This document shows, piece by piece, positions 54,601-62,903 of a DNA stretch of 64,000 nt (positions are counted from its first letter, which is position 1; each line of letters opens with the position of its first letter). Source of the DNA: a virus; the IMG/VR virus record IMGVR_UViG_3300036760_000327, positions 32,001 to 96,000 of that record; one strand, written 5' to 3'. Both the position numbers and the translations under genes were made by a program. A model generated the notes under the pieces. It ran no database searches and had not been told where the DNA came from. It was given only the letters and a program-made list of their open reading frames with translations.

Positions 54601-55326
54601 CCTTCTATGATAGCCGCTAGCCATGCTTTATCTTGCTCTGACAACATATAATTTCCTTTCCTGCTGATTGTCCCGCCAAAGGAATTGTCACATAATGTAT
54701 CCTTGACATAGGAGTTTCCAGCATATGGTGAAATTTTATGAGAACAATGTTGTTTATTCTCAGGCCATTCTACTGTAGTGTTGATGGCTACCCTTTTGTT
54801 AAGCTTTGAAACCAAAACGTACAAAGGCATAAATGTTAACTGCAATTTCGTATTACGATTATTTTTGCAGATCAGACTGTCGCATCATCTTTCGATGTCT
54901 CCTCGCTCAGTCGTTCACGGTGCTTTCGCTTCCGCCCTGTTGTCCATCTCTGGATGTCCAAGTCAATCAGAGGAGATTTATAGCGGCCCGCTTTGTCAAG
55001 CCGCCTCTGGCTGTAAAAGATAAATTTTATCCAAATTTGTTAATGATTTCAATAAGTTATGAAATCATGCTTGCTCATTTCTGTCAAGCTCTGCATATTC
55101 ATTTATATGCAGTTCAGACTGTCGCTTCTACTTTCGTAGTCTCTCCACTCAGTCGTTGCAACTGCACGGCTTTCGCCTGCTTGTTGAGGGTTGCCATCTC
55201 AGGTGTTCCCCATTAATCAGGAGAGATTTTATATGACCAAGTAGTTTACCAAGCCATATCCACCACACGTAGATTTGACAATATGTTTTGTGAGCCTGTT
55301 CCGCCCGTTACCATTGTTGCTGCCAT
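51620..55326 (-). CDS. Major capsid protein (SU10 MCP/DUF5309-like), 6 exons, 395 aa after splicing
   Basis: Exons 55326-55252, 55031-54999, 54827-54756, 54034-53665, 52955-52393 and 51694-51620 total 1188 nt and join without stops: MAATMV...VVDMA|DKIYLLQPEAA|PLYVLV...VEWPEN|DLNP...NYLQTIRKSVEVTNT...L Y|GGNYRAYE...ELMRDIERMALYG...DDFVKD|QYICEVGFEFHNEEKHGLLTGVTG*. Follows the scaffold gene; GGAGGTG RBS. Confidence 0.9.
51637..52287 (-). CDS. Intron 5-encoded LAGLIDADG endonuclease
   Basis: AGGAGG RBS, ARLSMLIESEGSI, IEISNTD. The frame runs 58 nt into exon 6. Confidence 0.8.
   Translation of the reverse strand: MKLKDVARLSMLIESEGSIRVCRPYKRTGENCLSSPHLGIEISNTDIGIINWAKSVFEKELEHPVKIYSVSNPNGLRTRQCYRLVISKFNDVHRILNITRKCMVGLKKSIADLICSFLNYRNTLVKDNGYVHDKEYTKAFNSLIKKVDKINRTYDLIIPVETVHSPDLNDQKTQSELNGNIKKSTEMFDSSEKTATNCNTSAKSDLNSTTKKSTGC
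51695..52392 (-). mobile_element. Group I intron 5 of the capsid gene (698 nt)
   Basis: P1 aaggaU/Guccuu; core GUAGAGACUG...ACACAGUCCG; terminal G. Confidence 0.88.
52956..53664 (-). mobile_element. Group I intron 4 of the capsid gene (709 nt, phase 1)
   Basis: P1 gcugU/Gcagc; AAUGCUGGAA...AAUCAGCAGG (P/Q); UCAGAGACCG...AUACAGUCCG (R/S); terminal G. Splicing restores the Tyr codon T|AT. Confidence 0.9.
52964..53539 (-). CDS. Intron 4-encoded LAGLIDADG endonuclease
   Basis: LAWLAGIIDGEGSI; AILPYLRNK. Confidence 0.9.
   Translation of the reverse strand: MIIKDTDLAWLAGIIDGEGSIMFFRKKDMDKSSGHKYGWIATGISVTNCDEIMIKEISNILYALSINFHFSLQKNNLRNKKWNMALKIESNGLNTCKKFLNAILPYLRNKKYLAMFLLEYIKWRQQQGYTNLRKTISEEQINRWFERYEIQRKPKYISSETARKASIPLGMDDDTVRTLQRCKELNLKDSE
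54035..54755 (-). mobile_element. Group I intron 3 of the capsid gene (721 nt)
   Basis: P1 gagaaU/Guucuc; AUGCUGGAAA...AAUCAGCAGG; UCAGAGACUU...AUAAAGUCCG; terminal G. Confidence 0.9.
54054..54647 (-). CDS. Intron 3-encoded LAGLIDADG endonuclease
   Basis: AWLAAIIEGEGCL; IRPYLKTK. In frame with exon 3. Confidence 0.88.
   Translation of the reverse strand: MLSEQDKAWLAAIIEGEGCLMLCYQSRKQLNKSDMATFISMIVTVCNTNPYMIRAVSEMWHKLGLKFHYTINAYNLHGKQNHAITIVCNSTGSCRKLIEMIRPYLKTKQAEVDIMLEYANYREQLIKNRGPDGRYKDYIDRDYVNQLIEKHKLAKAERYNMLHLPRLANSVLDLTKLRSSETLRETSQDDDKVRASQ
54828..54998 (-). ncRNA. Group I intron 2 of the capsid gene (171 nt, ORF-less)
   Basis: P1 gcggcU/Ggccgc; P3 UCUCCUC/GAGGAGA; P7 GACUG/CAGUC; P8 CAUC-GAAA-GAUG; terminal G. 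Confidence 0.85.
55032..55251 (-). ncRNA. Group I intron 1 of the capsid gene (220 nt, ORF-less)
   Basis: P1 auauggcU/Ggucauau; P3 UCUCUCC/GGAGAGA; P7 GACUG/CAGUC; P8 CUAC-GAAA-GUAG; terminal G. Confidence 0.87.
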
Positions 55327-55371
55327 ATAATTTTTCACCTCCTTCTGTCATAGAATAAAATTACAACTGGA

Positions 55372-56388
55372 CTATTTCTTCGATGCTAAATCAAGTCCAT
55401 GCAAGAAATTAGCCGAGACTGGTCCAGCTTTTAACATGTCATCAAACATCTTTTCTTCCTCTGTCATAGGCACTGTGGCATCACGAGGAGCCATCCTATT
55501 TGTAGGAGTAATAGGCATTGTCTGATTAGATGTTAATGGAACCGAGGCATTCCTTCGTTTACGAATCTGTTCTTTCAATCTTTGTTCAAGTTTTGAAAGA
55601 ATTTCTTCTTCTGATAATCTTGGCGCAGCCTGTACAGTAGGAGGTACAGAAGTTATAGGAATATTTAATTCCCGTTTCATTGCTTCTAAAGCAGCAGTTT
55701 TACGTCTTTTGGCTTCATCATACACACGAGGAAGCGCATTAGGATTATCATTAACTGATGGATTTTCAGCCACAATTTGACGCATAAGAGGTCTTAATTC
55801 ATCAAAATCTGTGTGTTCAGATCTGAATCTATTTACAAAATCTCTTGTGTTTCTAATATTATCGTATTCTGAAAAAGCTGCTGGCAAAGCAGTCTGGAGC
55901 ACCGCACGAACAGTCTTTACGACATTTTCTTTTGGTGACTGAATGATTGCCTGATCATCAATTTCATCCAGAGGATCTGGTTGTGACCTATTTAGCTCTG
56001 TTCCAGTTGCCTGAGATTTCTTTAAAAGTTCCTGAACAATCAGTGATAATTGTGCAATTTGATTGTTGGTTTCTTTTAAAGAATTTTCTAAGTCATTAGA
56101 CTTATCAGAAGTTGGCACTTCTGGCCGTGGGGGCTCAGGCTGGGCTACCACGTGCGTTGGTACAACCACGTCTGCTGTTGGTACCGTTGGTTCGGTAACA
56201 GGAGGCGTTGGCGTCACCGGCTCTACAGTCGGGGTGGCAGTTGCTGGAGTTGGACTTGGGGTTGGTTCTTCAACCTTCTTATCCTCAAAAAGCAATTGCA
56301 AATCTGCATCGGAAATTCCGAAGTTACTTGATAGTGTGTCATCCACAATCTGATCAAGTGTTTTTTTAGGTCTACTTTCTTCTGCCAT
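55372..56388 (-). CDS. Capsid scaffolding protein
   Basis: Acidic, Pro/Thr-rich N-terminus plus helical body, immediately upstream of the capsid gene. Confidence 0.7.
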   Translation of the reverse strand: MAEESRPKKTLDQIVDDTLSSNFGISDADLQLLFEDKKVEEPTPSPTPATATPTVEPVTPTPPVTEPTVPTADVVVPTHVVAQPEPPRPEVPTSDKSNDLENSLKETNNQIAQLSLIVQELLKKSQATGTELNRSQPDPLDEIDDQAIIQSPKENVVKTVRAVLQTALPAAFSEYDNIRNTRDFVNRFRSEHTDFDELRPLMRQIVAENPSVNDNPNALPRVYDEAKRRKTAALEAMKRELNIPITSVPPTVQAAPRLSEEEILSKLEQRLKEQIRKRRNASVPLTSNQTMPITPTNRMAPRDATVPMTEEEKMFDDMLKAGPVSANFLHGLDLASKK

Positions 56389-56414
56389 AATAATTTCTCC
56401 TTCTTTTTTGTTTG

Positions 56415-56720
56415 CTATTTCTTTAGCATTTTAAAAGCCTTTTCACCTTCCTCAATCTTTTTATTAACAAAATTGAGCAAGTCGAAAATTTCCCGTTGTG
56501 CTGCTCTAATATCAGTTAATTCTTCAGCCTTGGCCATTAAATATCTTTCTTGAGATATTCTCCGATTAATGAAATTTTCCATCAAATGTTTCCATCCTGA
56601 AGAACTTACCAAAGCTAAGTACATCCCTCCATCGTCGCAGCTCTTCCTCAGTTTTGATTCCTGTTCTGTTGTTAACTCAACAGATTTAGTATCATTCATT
56701 AATAAATCTTTACGATCCAC
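56415..56720 (-). CDS. Conserved head-module hypothetical protein
   Basis: LVSSSGWKHL motif; lies between portal and scaffold; AAGGAGG RBS. Confidence 0.55.
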   Translation of the reverse strand: MDRKDLLMNDTKSVELTTEQESKLRKSCDDGGMYLALVSSSGWKHLMENFINRRISQERYLMAKAEELTDIRAAQREIFDLLNFVNKKIEEGEKAFKMLKK

Positions 56721-56732
56721 ATTACCTCCTTT

Positions 56733-58709
56733 TTAAAATTCCCACTTTCGAGCACCCGTTTTAGGATCATAACTTGTAGGGCTCGGCAATTCTTCTAAAT
56801 ATGGACTTATCTTTCCTGTTTTATTAACAATCAGTCCGCTACCTTTTCGTGAACCACCACTCATCGGAATATATTTTCCGATCTCTTCTTTAATCATATC
56901 TATTATTTCTTTGTTTTTTATAATATCCTTCTGTTCTTTAACTGCTTGCCGTCCGATAGGTTTATTACTAAACGAACCCCGTTCTGATTTCAACAGAGGC
57001 CCTGGTGTGCCTTCTGATTTAGATCCAACTTTTTCAAAAAATGTCTGATAAGCGCCTGGCTTAACTTGATTGGATAAATGGGACTTAATATATTCGGGAT
57101 CCCATCCCTCGGCTTGCGCCCAATCATTCCAATCAAATCCCTTTTCTAGTTTTTTTATCCTGGTTATTCTATACACATCTCCAGATTCATCAAATTTTAC
57201 CACATCCCCAATCTTTCCAAGAGGTTGACTACGAGTAGTTGCGGTTCTAACCCCATCCTTAATCATTTGCAAAGTAGACGTGCCTTCTGGATATAAATTA
57301 TATAAATCTGTACGTACTCCTTCCGCAGGAACCTTATAATACATGGGTTTATATACGGCCATTTCTTTAGAAACAACCCCTGTGATTTTTCCACCAGGAG
57401 GATTTAATATAACATACTTTGTCCCACCACCCGTTGTGCTTTCTCCAGATACACTCCATCCTTTTTCTATCCATTGATTTGCTTTATCTTTAGTTACACG
57501 AATTGGGCCACCCTTAGATTTTAATAAAGGCCCTTCTTCTAATTTACTCCATAATTTATCAATTATCTTATTAGCATCTGTTTCACCAAATTCTGCTTTA
57601 AGAAGATCTTCGTATTTTTTAGCCTGTAATCTTGTATTTAAATGTACATCTTGGGCAATTAATTCTAATTTTAAGGCGGATTTTGGATCTTTAGGATCTG
57701 TAATACTAGTAATATCTTTCATTAATTTATTTTTAAAAGGACTATCATCAAAATTATTTATTTTAGTCTTTAGGTCATTGGTAAATCTAACCCTGGCAAA
57801 TGGATCAGTTTCTATTTTGGACCTAATCGGATTAGATTCAGTGGTAAAAGTCACAACATCATTATATAAATTTAACAACTTATCTGAAGTACTAAGTGGT
57901 TTAGTTTTAGATAAACCTTGTACTGTACTTTTTATACCCGTTTCTGTTCTAGTGCCTGGAGTTTGTAATAATTTCCACATTTCCTCTTTAGCTTCTGGAG
58001 TAAATGGAATTGGTCCAGACGAAAGCGGCAAATCTAATTTCTTGGCCACTTGTTCCGCCAAAGTATCCTCTATAAGTCTGGCCCCGAATTCTTCTCTTAA
58101 TAAATTAGGAGGTACGCCTAATTTAGTTAATGCAGTTTCAGTACCAGTTGGTGATTTCATATATAAATCGTACACTAAATTTTTAATTTCTGGATCCATG
58201 GCCTGTAATCCATGCCCAGCTCCTTCATGCAACAAAGCCGTAGGATCAGGTCTATATATATTTGCAGTACCTAATGGTCGTAATGGAGAAGGTGAAAGAT
58301 ATTCAGCAATTGAACTTGGGCGCCTTTCTAAAGGTTGAAATAAATTTACCGGCATTTCCTTTGTAATAGCTCCAACACGAGGAGCTATTTCTTCAGCCGC
58401 CGCACCAACCCGTTTAATTGTATCCAGTGATTTTAATATCTGGGGTGATGTTAATGGGGATGTTTTATAAATAAAACCAGCGGGACCACCCATCATTCCA
58501 GATGGGTCAGCCAACCCTAAGGCTCGTGCAAGACCATATATAAGTTTAGGCAAATCTGGTCCTATATTTGGTCCTGGTTGTTGTCCCAATAATGATTGAT
58601 ATTTATTGCCTTGTGTAAATGGACCCAGTACTGCATTCTTAATTTGTTCTGCTATTTCCTGTCCACTTTCTGGAGGCGACATTTGAATAGGTGCTAATAA
58701 ATCTGCCAT
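56733..58709 (-). CDS. Multidomain protein with HExxxH metallopeptidase-like motif and ASCH-like domain
   Basis: ALLHEGAGHGLQ...EEFGAR; STLQMIKDGVRTATTRS..GKIGDVVKF...WAQAEGW. Confidence 0.55.
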   Translation of the reverse strand: MADLLAPIQMSPPESGQEIAEQIKNAVLGPFTQGNKYQSLLGQQPGPNIGPDLPKLIYGLARALGLADPSGMMGGPAGFIYKTSPLTSPQILKSLDTIKRVGAAAEEIAPRVGAITKEMPVNLFQPLERRPSSIAEYLSPSPLRPLGTANIYRPDPTALLHEGAGHGLQAMDPEIKNLVYDLYMKSPTGTETALTKLGVPPNLLREEFGARLIEDTLAEQVAKKLDLPLSSGPIPFTPEAKEEMWKLLQTPGTRTETGIKSTVQGLSKTKPLSTSDKLLNLYNDVVTFTTESNPIRSKIETDPFARVRFTNDLKTKINNFDDSPFKNKLMKDITSITDPKDPKSALKLELIAQDVHLNTRLQAKKYEDLLKAEFGETDANKIIDKLWSKLEEGPLLKSKGGPIRVTKDKANQWIEKGWSVSGESTTGGGTKYVILNPPGGKITGVVSKEMAVYKPMYYKVPAEGVRTDLYNLYPEGTSTLQMIKDGVRTATTRSQPLGKIGDVVKFDESGDVYRITRIKKLEKGFDWNDWAQAEGWDPEYIKSHLSNQVKPGAYQTFFEKVGSKSEGTPGPLLKSERGSFSNKPIGRQAVKEQKDIIKNKEIIDMIKEEIGKYIPMSGGSRKGSGLIVNKTGKISPYLEELPSPTSYDPKTGARKWEF

Positions 58710-60553
58710 TATTCACTAACTCCTGGAGCTTGTCCACTAACTGGCTGTGGTGATAATCCAGCTCTATTAAGTAATCCGCCGCCCGCGACACGACTCATTT
58801 CTTGCATTTGTTGTACTGCCGGAACAGGAGGACTTCCTGGAGGAGGTACATTTGGAACATTACCAGGCCCACCTGGTCTTTCTTGTGGCTTACCGCCGCC
58901 CTTTGTTCCCTGGCCTTTAAGCTGGTTTTCCATTTGCATTAACATTAATTTTTGTTGCAATGCTTGCTGTTGTTCTTGCTGTATTTGTTCGGGTGATTTT
59001 AATAATCTATTAATATTTTTTATATCCAACACATCCAAAACCATTTTTCTTAATTCCAATTGGTTAATTGCAGGATCCTGATTAAATAATTTATAAGCTT
59101 GCATTAATTGTTGAATTCGCACTTCTTTTATTGCCGTAGTAGAAGAACCCATTGGCTGAAAATTATATTGCTTAAGAATTTCATTAATATCCTGTTGATA
59201 AAATGATGTTCCATTATATCGTTGAAATTCTTCTATACCCACAATTCTAGCAAACTCCTCAGGGGGTAAAAAATGATAATCTAGCCATATGAACATTTTA
59301 GCCATAGCTCTTAATACAGTAAATTCCAACATCTTAACAACTGTATCAAATCGTATGTTGCTCGCCTGCTGTAATCTAACAATACCTGTAGCTGTTTCTC
59401 TTCTTTCTGGCAGTCCGCCACGAGAGTACAAAGATTCTCCACTAGCATCGTCAATATCTTTTTTAATTATACTTTCTTCTACATAAGCTGATTTAGTAAC
59501 ATCCCGAGTATCCAGTGACTTAATAGCATTAATATCATTAGACAATATAACATTTCCTGGATAAGATACCATATTATCAAAATCAATATCAGCATATTTA
59601 TTAGCAATCCACATACGGTTAATAATTAAATTAACATTATCCATGCGTTGATTTCTAACACTATTCAACTCTTCTTGTAAATTTTCAGAAACTTCAGGAA
59701 TTCCTATCCCATATAATTCATGCGGAACCGGAATATATCTTGCCATAATAAAAGGCAATAAACCCTGAAAAGGATTGTCTTCAATTTTTAATACAAAATT
59801 TCTTGCTCCTACAACAATAATCTTATCCCTATCCCAATATTCTAATATTTCTACAATTTGCCGATTACTATCAAAACCATATTCATCCAATATACCAACA
59901 CTAGATAATCTTTCTTTCTTATAAGAATCTACAGTGGCCATAGATTCTGTATGGTTCAATAATTCTGGAACATTTTCATAAAACCCCTGGTCATATAATC
60001 TTTGTAATTCATCATAATCAACATAAGAAAGATGGATAATGTATTTCATTCGACGGACAGACTTGGCCCTATAATCTGGAAAAACATTAAAAATATCAAG
60101 TGGTTCAATATCTATATAATTAAAACTTACAATTTCATCATCATTAAATTTAGGAATTACTTTAGCAAATGAAGTTCCGTACATTACTGTTTCTTTAAAA
60201 AACTCCATGATTTTATTAAATAATTCTAATTGTTCTTCATCTAATTGATATTCAAGTAATCTTTCTAATAAGACAGACATTCCTTCAGCAGCACCCTTGC
60301 GAGGAATAACCGAAAGAATAGGACGAACATTAAATATCGTGCCCAACATTTTTGGTGTAATACTCTCAACAATTGCAAATATGTAAGGAACAAAAATATT
60401 AGATTTAAAGGGAGTAATGGTCACGTCTCTCCAACTGCGATATAATTTATAAAAACGTTTCCAACGTTCCTCGTAAGGTGCCCGCCACTGCTTAGCAGCT
60501 TCGTAAGTAGTGGTAACAAACAAACTTGGATTCTCATCTCTATTGATCGGCAT
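58709..60553 (-). CDS. Portal protein (SU10/P22-like)
   Basis: KSNIFVP, MYGTS, ILEYW, YGIGIPE, QEELN..RNQRMDN, RETATG. Follows the terminase. Confidence 0.88.
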   Translation of the reverse strand: MPINRDENPSLFVTTTYEAAKQWRAPYEERWKRFYKLYRSWRDVTITPFKSNIFVPYIFAIVESITPKMLGTIFNVRPILSVIPRKGAAEGMSVLLERLLEYQLDEEQLELFNKIMEFFKETVMYGTSFAKVIPKFNDDEIVSFNYIDIEPLDIFNVFPDYRAKSVRRMKYIIHLSYVDYDELQRLYDQGFYENVPELLNHTESMATVDSYKKERLSSVGILDEYGFDSNRQIVEILEYWDRDKIIVVGARNFVLKIEDNPFQGLLPFIMARYIPVPHELYGIGIPEVSENLQEELNSVRNQRMDNVNLIINRMWIANKYADIDFDNMVSYPGNVILSNDINAIKSLDTRDVTKSAYVEESIIKKDIDDASGESLYSRGGLPERRETATGIVRLQQASNIRFDTVVKMLEFTVLRAMAKMFIWLDYHFLPPEEFARIVGIEEFQRYNGTSFYQQDINEILKQYNFQPMGSSTTAIKEVRIQQLMQAYKLFNQDPAINQLELRKMVLDVLDIKNINRLLKSPEQIQQEQQQALQQKLMLMQMENQLKGQGTKGGGKPQERPGGPGNVPNVPPPGSPPVPAVQQMQEMSRVAGGGLLNRAGLSPQPVSGQAPGVSE

Positions 60554-60579
60554 TATTTATTATCCTTTATATCTTAATC

Positions 60580-61536
60580 TTACTTTAAATAATCAGATAA
60601 GAACGGTAATGACGGAAAAAGATCAGGCATACCAGATTGTCCTATTGGTACTGCTGCCGTTTCACCTGATTGTGCAAAAGGACTTAAACCAAGATTTAAT
60701 CGTTTCATAGCATGTTCAACTGCCTTATCTACTATTGCTTGCGTTGGAGTTCCACCACCCAACAAATAATCAATTTCCTTTTTAGTTAATGTTGGAACAA
60801 GAGTTGGCACTTCTGTTTCTTTTCCCTGAATTGGCACTCCAATTGATATTTCGGTAGATACTCCCTTATCCGGTCTGGTTAATGTACCCCAAAAACCTGG
60901 ACCCTTCTGCCTTACTTTAGGTATATTACTCGGTAATACATCAGATAATTTTGGTTCAAATAATCCAGTAAGTTCTGGATTTTCTCTTAATAAATTAGCA
61001 ATTCCAACAATTCTATTTGCTTGAGGCTTATCTTTCCAAAAATTTATTTTTTGATACGGCTTTCCAAATACCCGCGTTGTATCAAGTTGATATTTAACAA
61101 CATCAGGATGACCAGTATAAATAGTTTTTCCTGTTCCTGAATAAGCCTGCAAAGCTGATAACAAATCTCCTGAATAACGTTTAAATTGATCAGCTAAATA
61201 CTTAGCCCCATAATCAATTATCGTTTGTCGTTGTTTTTCTAATTGCGTATCCGGTATTTTCTCCATTTGTTTTTGTAATTCAGGATGCTTGTTCCAGAAT
61301 ATATGAACAGGATTACCATAATCCTGATTACCTAATCCACTTTCTGAAATACCAAGAGCCGTATAAAGAGAAGGATCTACTTCATGGCGTTTGGCTGCAT
61401 CTATAAAATCTAGCATTGCATTTAAACTATACCAATCTGCCAATTTAGGATGTTCTAGATAAACCCAACTCGAGGGATCCTCGTGCGCTCCAGTTTCATA
61501 AAATCTTTTTGTTTTCCAATCTTTATAATCAGGCAT
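60580..61536 (-). CDS. Lytic transglycosylase-like (SLT) domain protein
   Basis: AAKRHEVDP....ALGISESG...IDYGAKYL....GDLLSALQAYSG. The TAATG overlap gives a start at 61536. Confidence 0.65.
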   Translation of the reverse strand: MPDYKDWKTKRFYETGAHEDPSSWVYLEHPKLADWYSLNAMLDFIDAAKRHEVDPSLYTALGISESGLGNQDYGNPVHIFWNKHPELQKQMEKIPDTQLEKQRQTIIDYGAKYLADQFKRYSGDLLSALQAYSGTGKTIYTGHPDVVKYQLDTTRVFGKPYQKINFWKDKPQANRIVGIANLLRENPELTGLFEPKLSDVLPSNIPKVRQKGPGFWGTLTRPDKGVSTEISIGVPIQGKETEVPTLVPTLTKKEIDYLLGGGTPTQAIVDKAVEHAMKRLNLGLSPFAQSGETAAVPIGQSGMPDLFPSLPFLSDYLK

Positions 61537-62903
61537 TAGAAATATCCTGTCACTCGACTTATTTTTACTGGAGTTTTGGGAATTGCGTGAAAATCTGGAT
61601 GTCGATAAACTATTGGGACCATGCACGCGTAGCGCAATGCATCGAGTATATGATTATCTTTTTTTAATATTCTCTCTTTTGGATCTCTTTGATCTCTATT
61701 ACGCGCCCAATTATCCCAAATTAAATGATGAAATTGTCTTATTGTATTTACACAATTCCGAGTTACAAATAATCTTGGCCTTTTATTTTTTCCCTGATCT
61801 AATAATGCATTTAATTCCAAAATACCCTCGGATACTCTTTTATCTGCATCCTGACAATATAAACCATACGGCATCAACATTTCTTTATAACTTTTACCAG
61901 ATGTTGCTTGTACAATATTACCTGATGTATCCATTACGCATAATTGCGGTTTTCTTCCTTTTAATTTTTTAAGTATTTCCTCTGCAATTTCAGGAACTGT
62001 GCCTGCCTGTAATATTTCATCATAAACAATATATTCATTTTCTCGATTAAATGCTATAAAAGGAATCCCCCACGGATTTCGATCATGTGGATCAATACCA
62101 AGAATAATCATATGATCATTTGTTATAACCATAGGTTCAATTATATTTTTATCCGAAAATGATTTAAAAACTAATCCACTTTTAGGTATAAATTCACCCA
62201 TTAACGCGGCGTCTAAATTATCCCGCATCGCAGGATTGGCTTTAACCGCCTCAATCTCATCTTTAGAAATATGCGGATTTTCATCTGTTCTAACATGCCA
62301 ATGCTCTACCGCTGGCGGAACAGCATCTGGATTATCATATAATTCTGAATACAACCAGGAAAGCCCGTGGATCGGCGTACAACTTATAATTAATTTTCCC
62401 CCGACATCTACTGTTCGCATAAAGTTACTTTGAAAAATATCCAATGGAGGTTCTTCATCCATTCCAACGATTTGACGACTGGTTCCTTCAAAAGACTCAA
62501 GTTCAGATTCAAATGATTTTAATTCAATCTCGGTTCCATTTCTCAATAATATAATTGGACGTTCTTTACTACAATGACCATCCCATGCCCAAGGATATAA
62601 GAACCGTTTAAAATATGGTAAAGCAATTCTAAATATTGCATTAAAATCTACTGTACAATATCGAATTTGCAAAGGGGGCGGGGGATACGGTAAGAATGGA
62701 TGAATACCAGTTGCCGCCCAACAAATTTCTACAATATGCGAATAAGTTTTGCCGGATCGTTTTCCCCCGAGCAATAATCTCGTTTTAGAATTACTCTTGT
62801 GGAAAGCCAACATCTTATTATTATTCGGCTTATAAGAAAGTAAATCTGTAGATTGTTCTAGTTTAGATTGAGTTAAAGGATCATAATTTTCTATATTCAT
62901 CAT
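61536..62903 (-). CDS. Terminase large subunit
   Basis: Walker A GGKRSGKT, Walker B VGMDEEP, TP motif, nuclease GIDPH and NHILDALRY. Confidence 0.92.
   Translation of the reverse strand: MMNIENYDPLTQSKLEQSTDLLSYKPNNNKMLAFHKSNSKTRLLLGGKRSGKTYSHIVEICWAATGIHPFLPYPPPPLQIRYCTVDFNAIFRIALPYFKRFLYPWAWDGHCSKERPIILLRNGTEIELKSFESELESFEGTSRQIVGMDEEPPLDIFQSNFMRTVDVGGKLIISCTPIHGLSWLYSELYDNPDAVPPAVEHWHVRTDENPHISKDEIEAVKANPAMRDNLDAALMGEFIPKSGLVFKSFSDKNIIEPMVITNDHMIILGIDPHDRNPWGIPFIAFNRENEYIVYDEILQAGTVPEIAEEILKKLKGRKPQLCVMDTSGNIVQATSGKSYKEMLMPYGLYCQDADKRVSEGILELNALLDQGKNKRPRLFVTRNCVNTIRQFHHLIWDNWARNRDQRDPKERILKKDNHILDALRYACMVPIVYRHPDFHAIPKTPVKISRVTGYF

Noticed and set aside
51605-55055. 14-nt match AATGATTTCAATAA between the intron 1 3' hairpin and the sequence just after the capsid stop
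   Set aside because: It is too short and AT-rich to support a long-range pairing or a sixth intron.
54778-55216. + strand ORFs 54778-55023 and 54833-55216
   Set aside because: They are antisense to introns 1-2 and exon 2, lack an RBS, and have no protein-like features.
51620-55326. Capsid region as a pseudogene, frameshifted gene or intein-containing gene
   Set aside because: The inserts contain stops and group I core pairings and lack C...HN intein ends. Precise U|...G| removal restores one frame.
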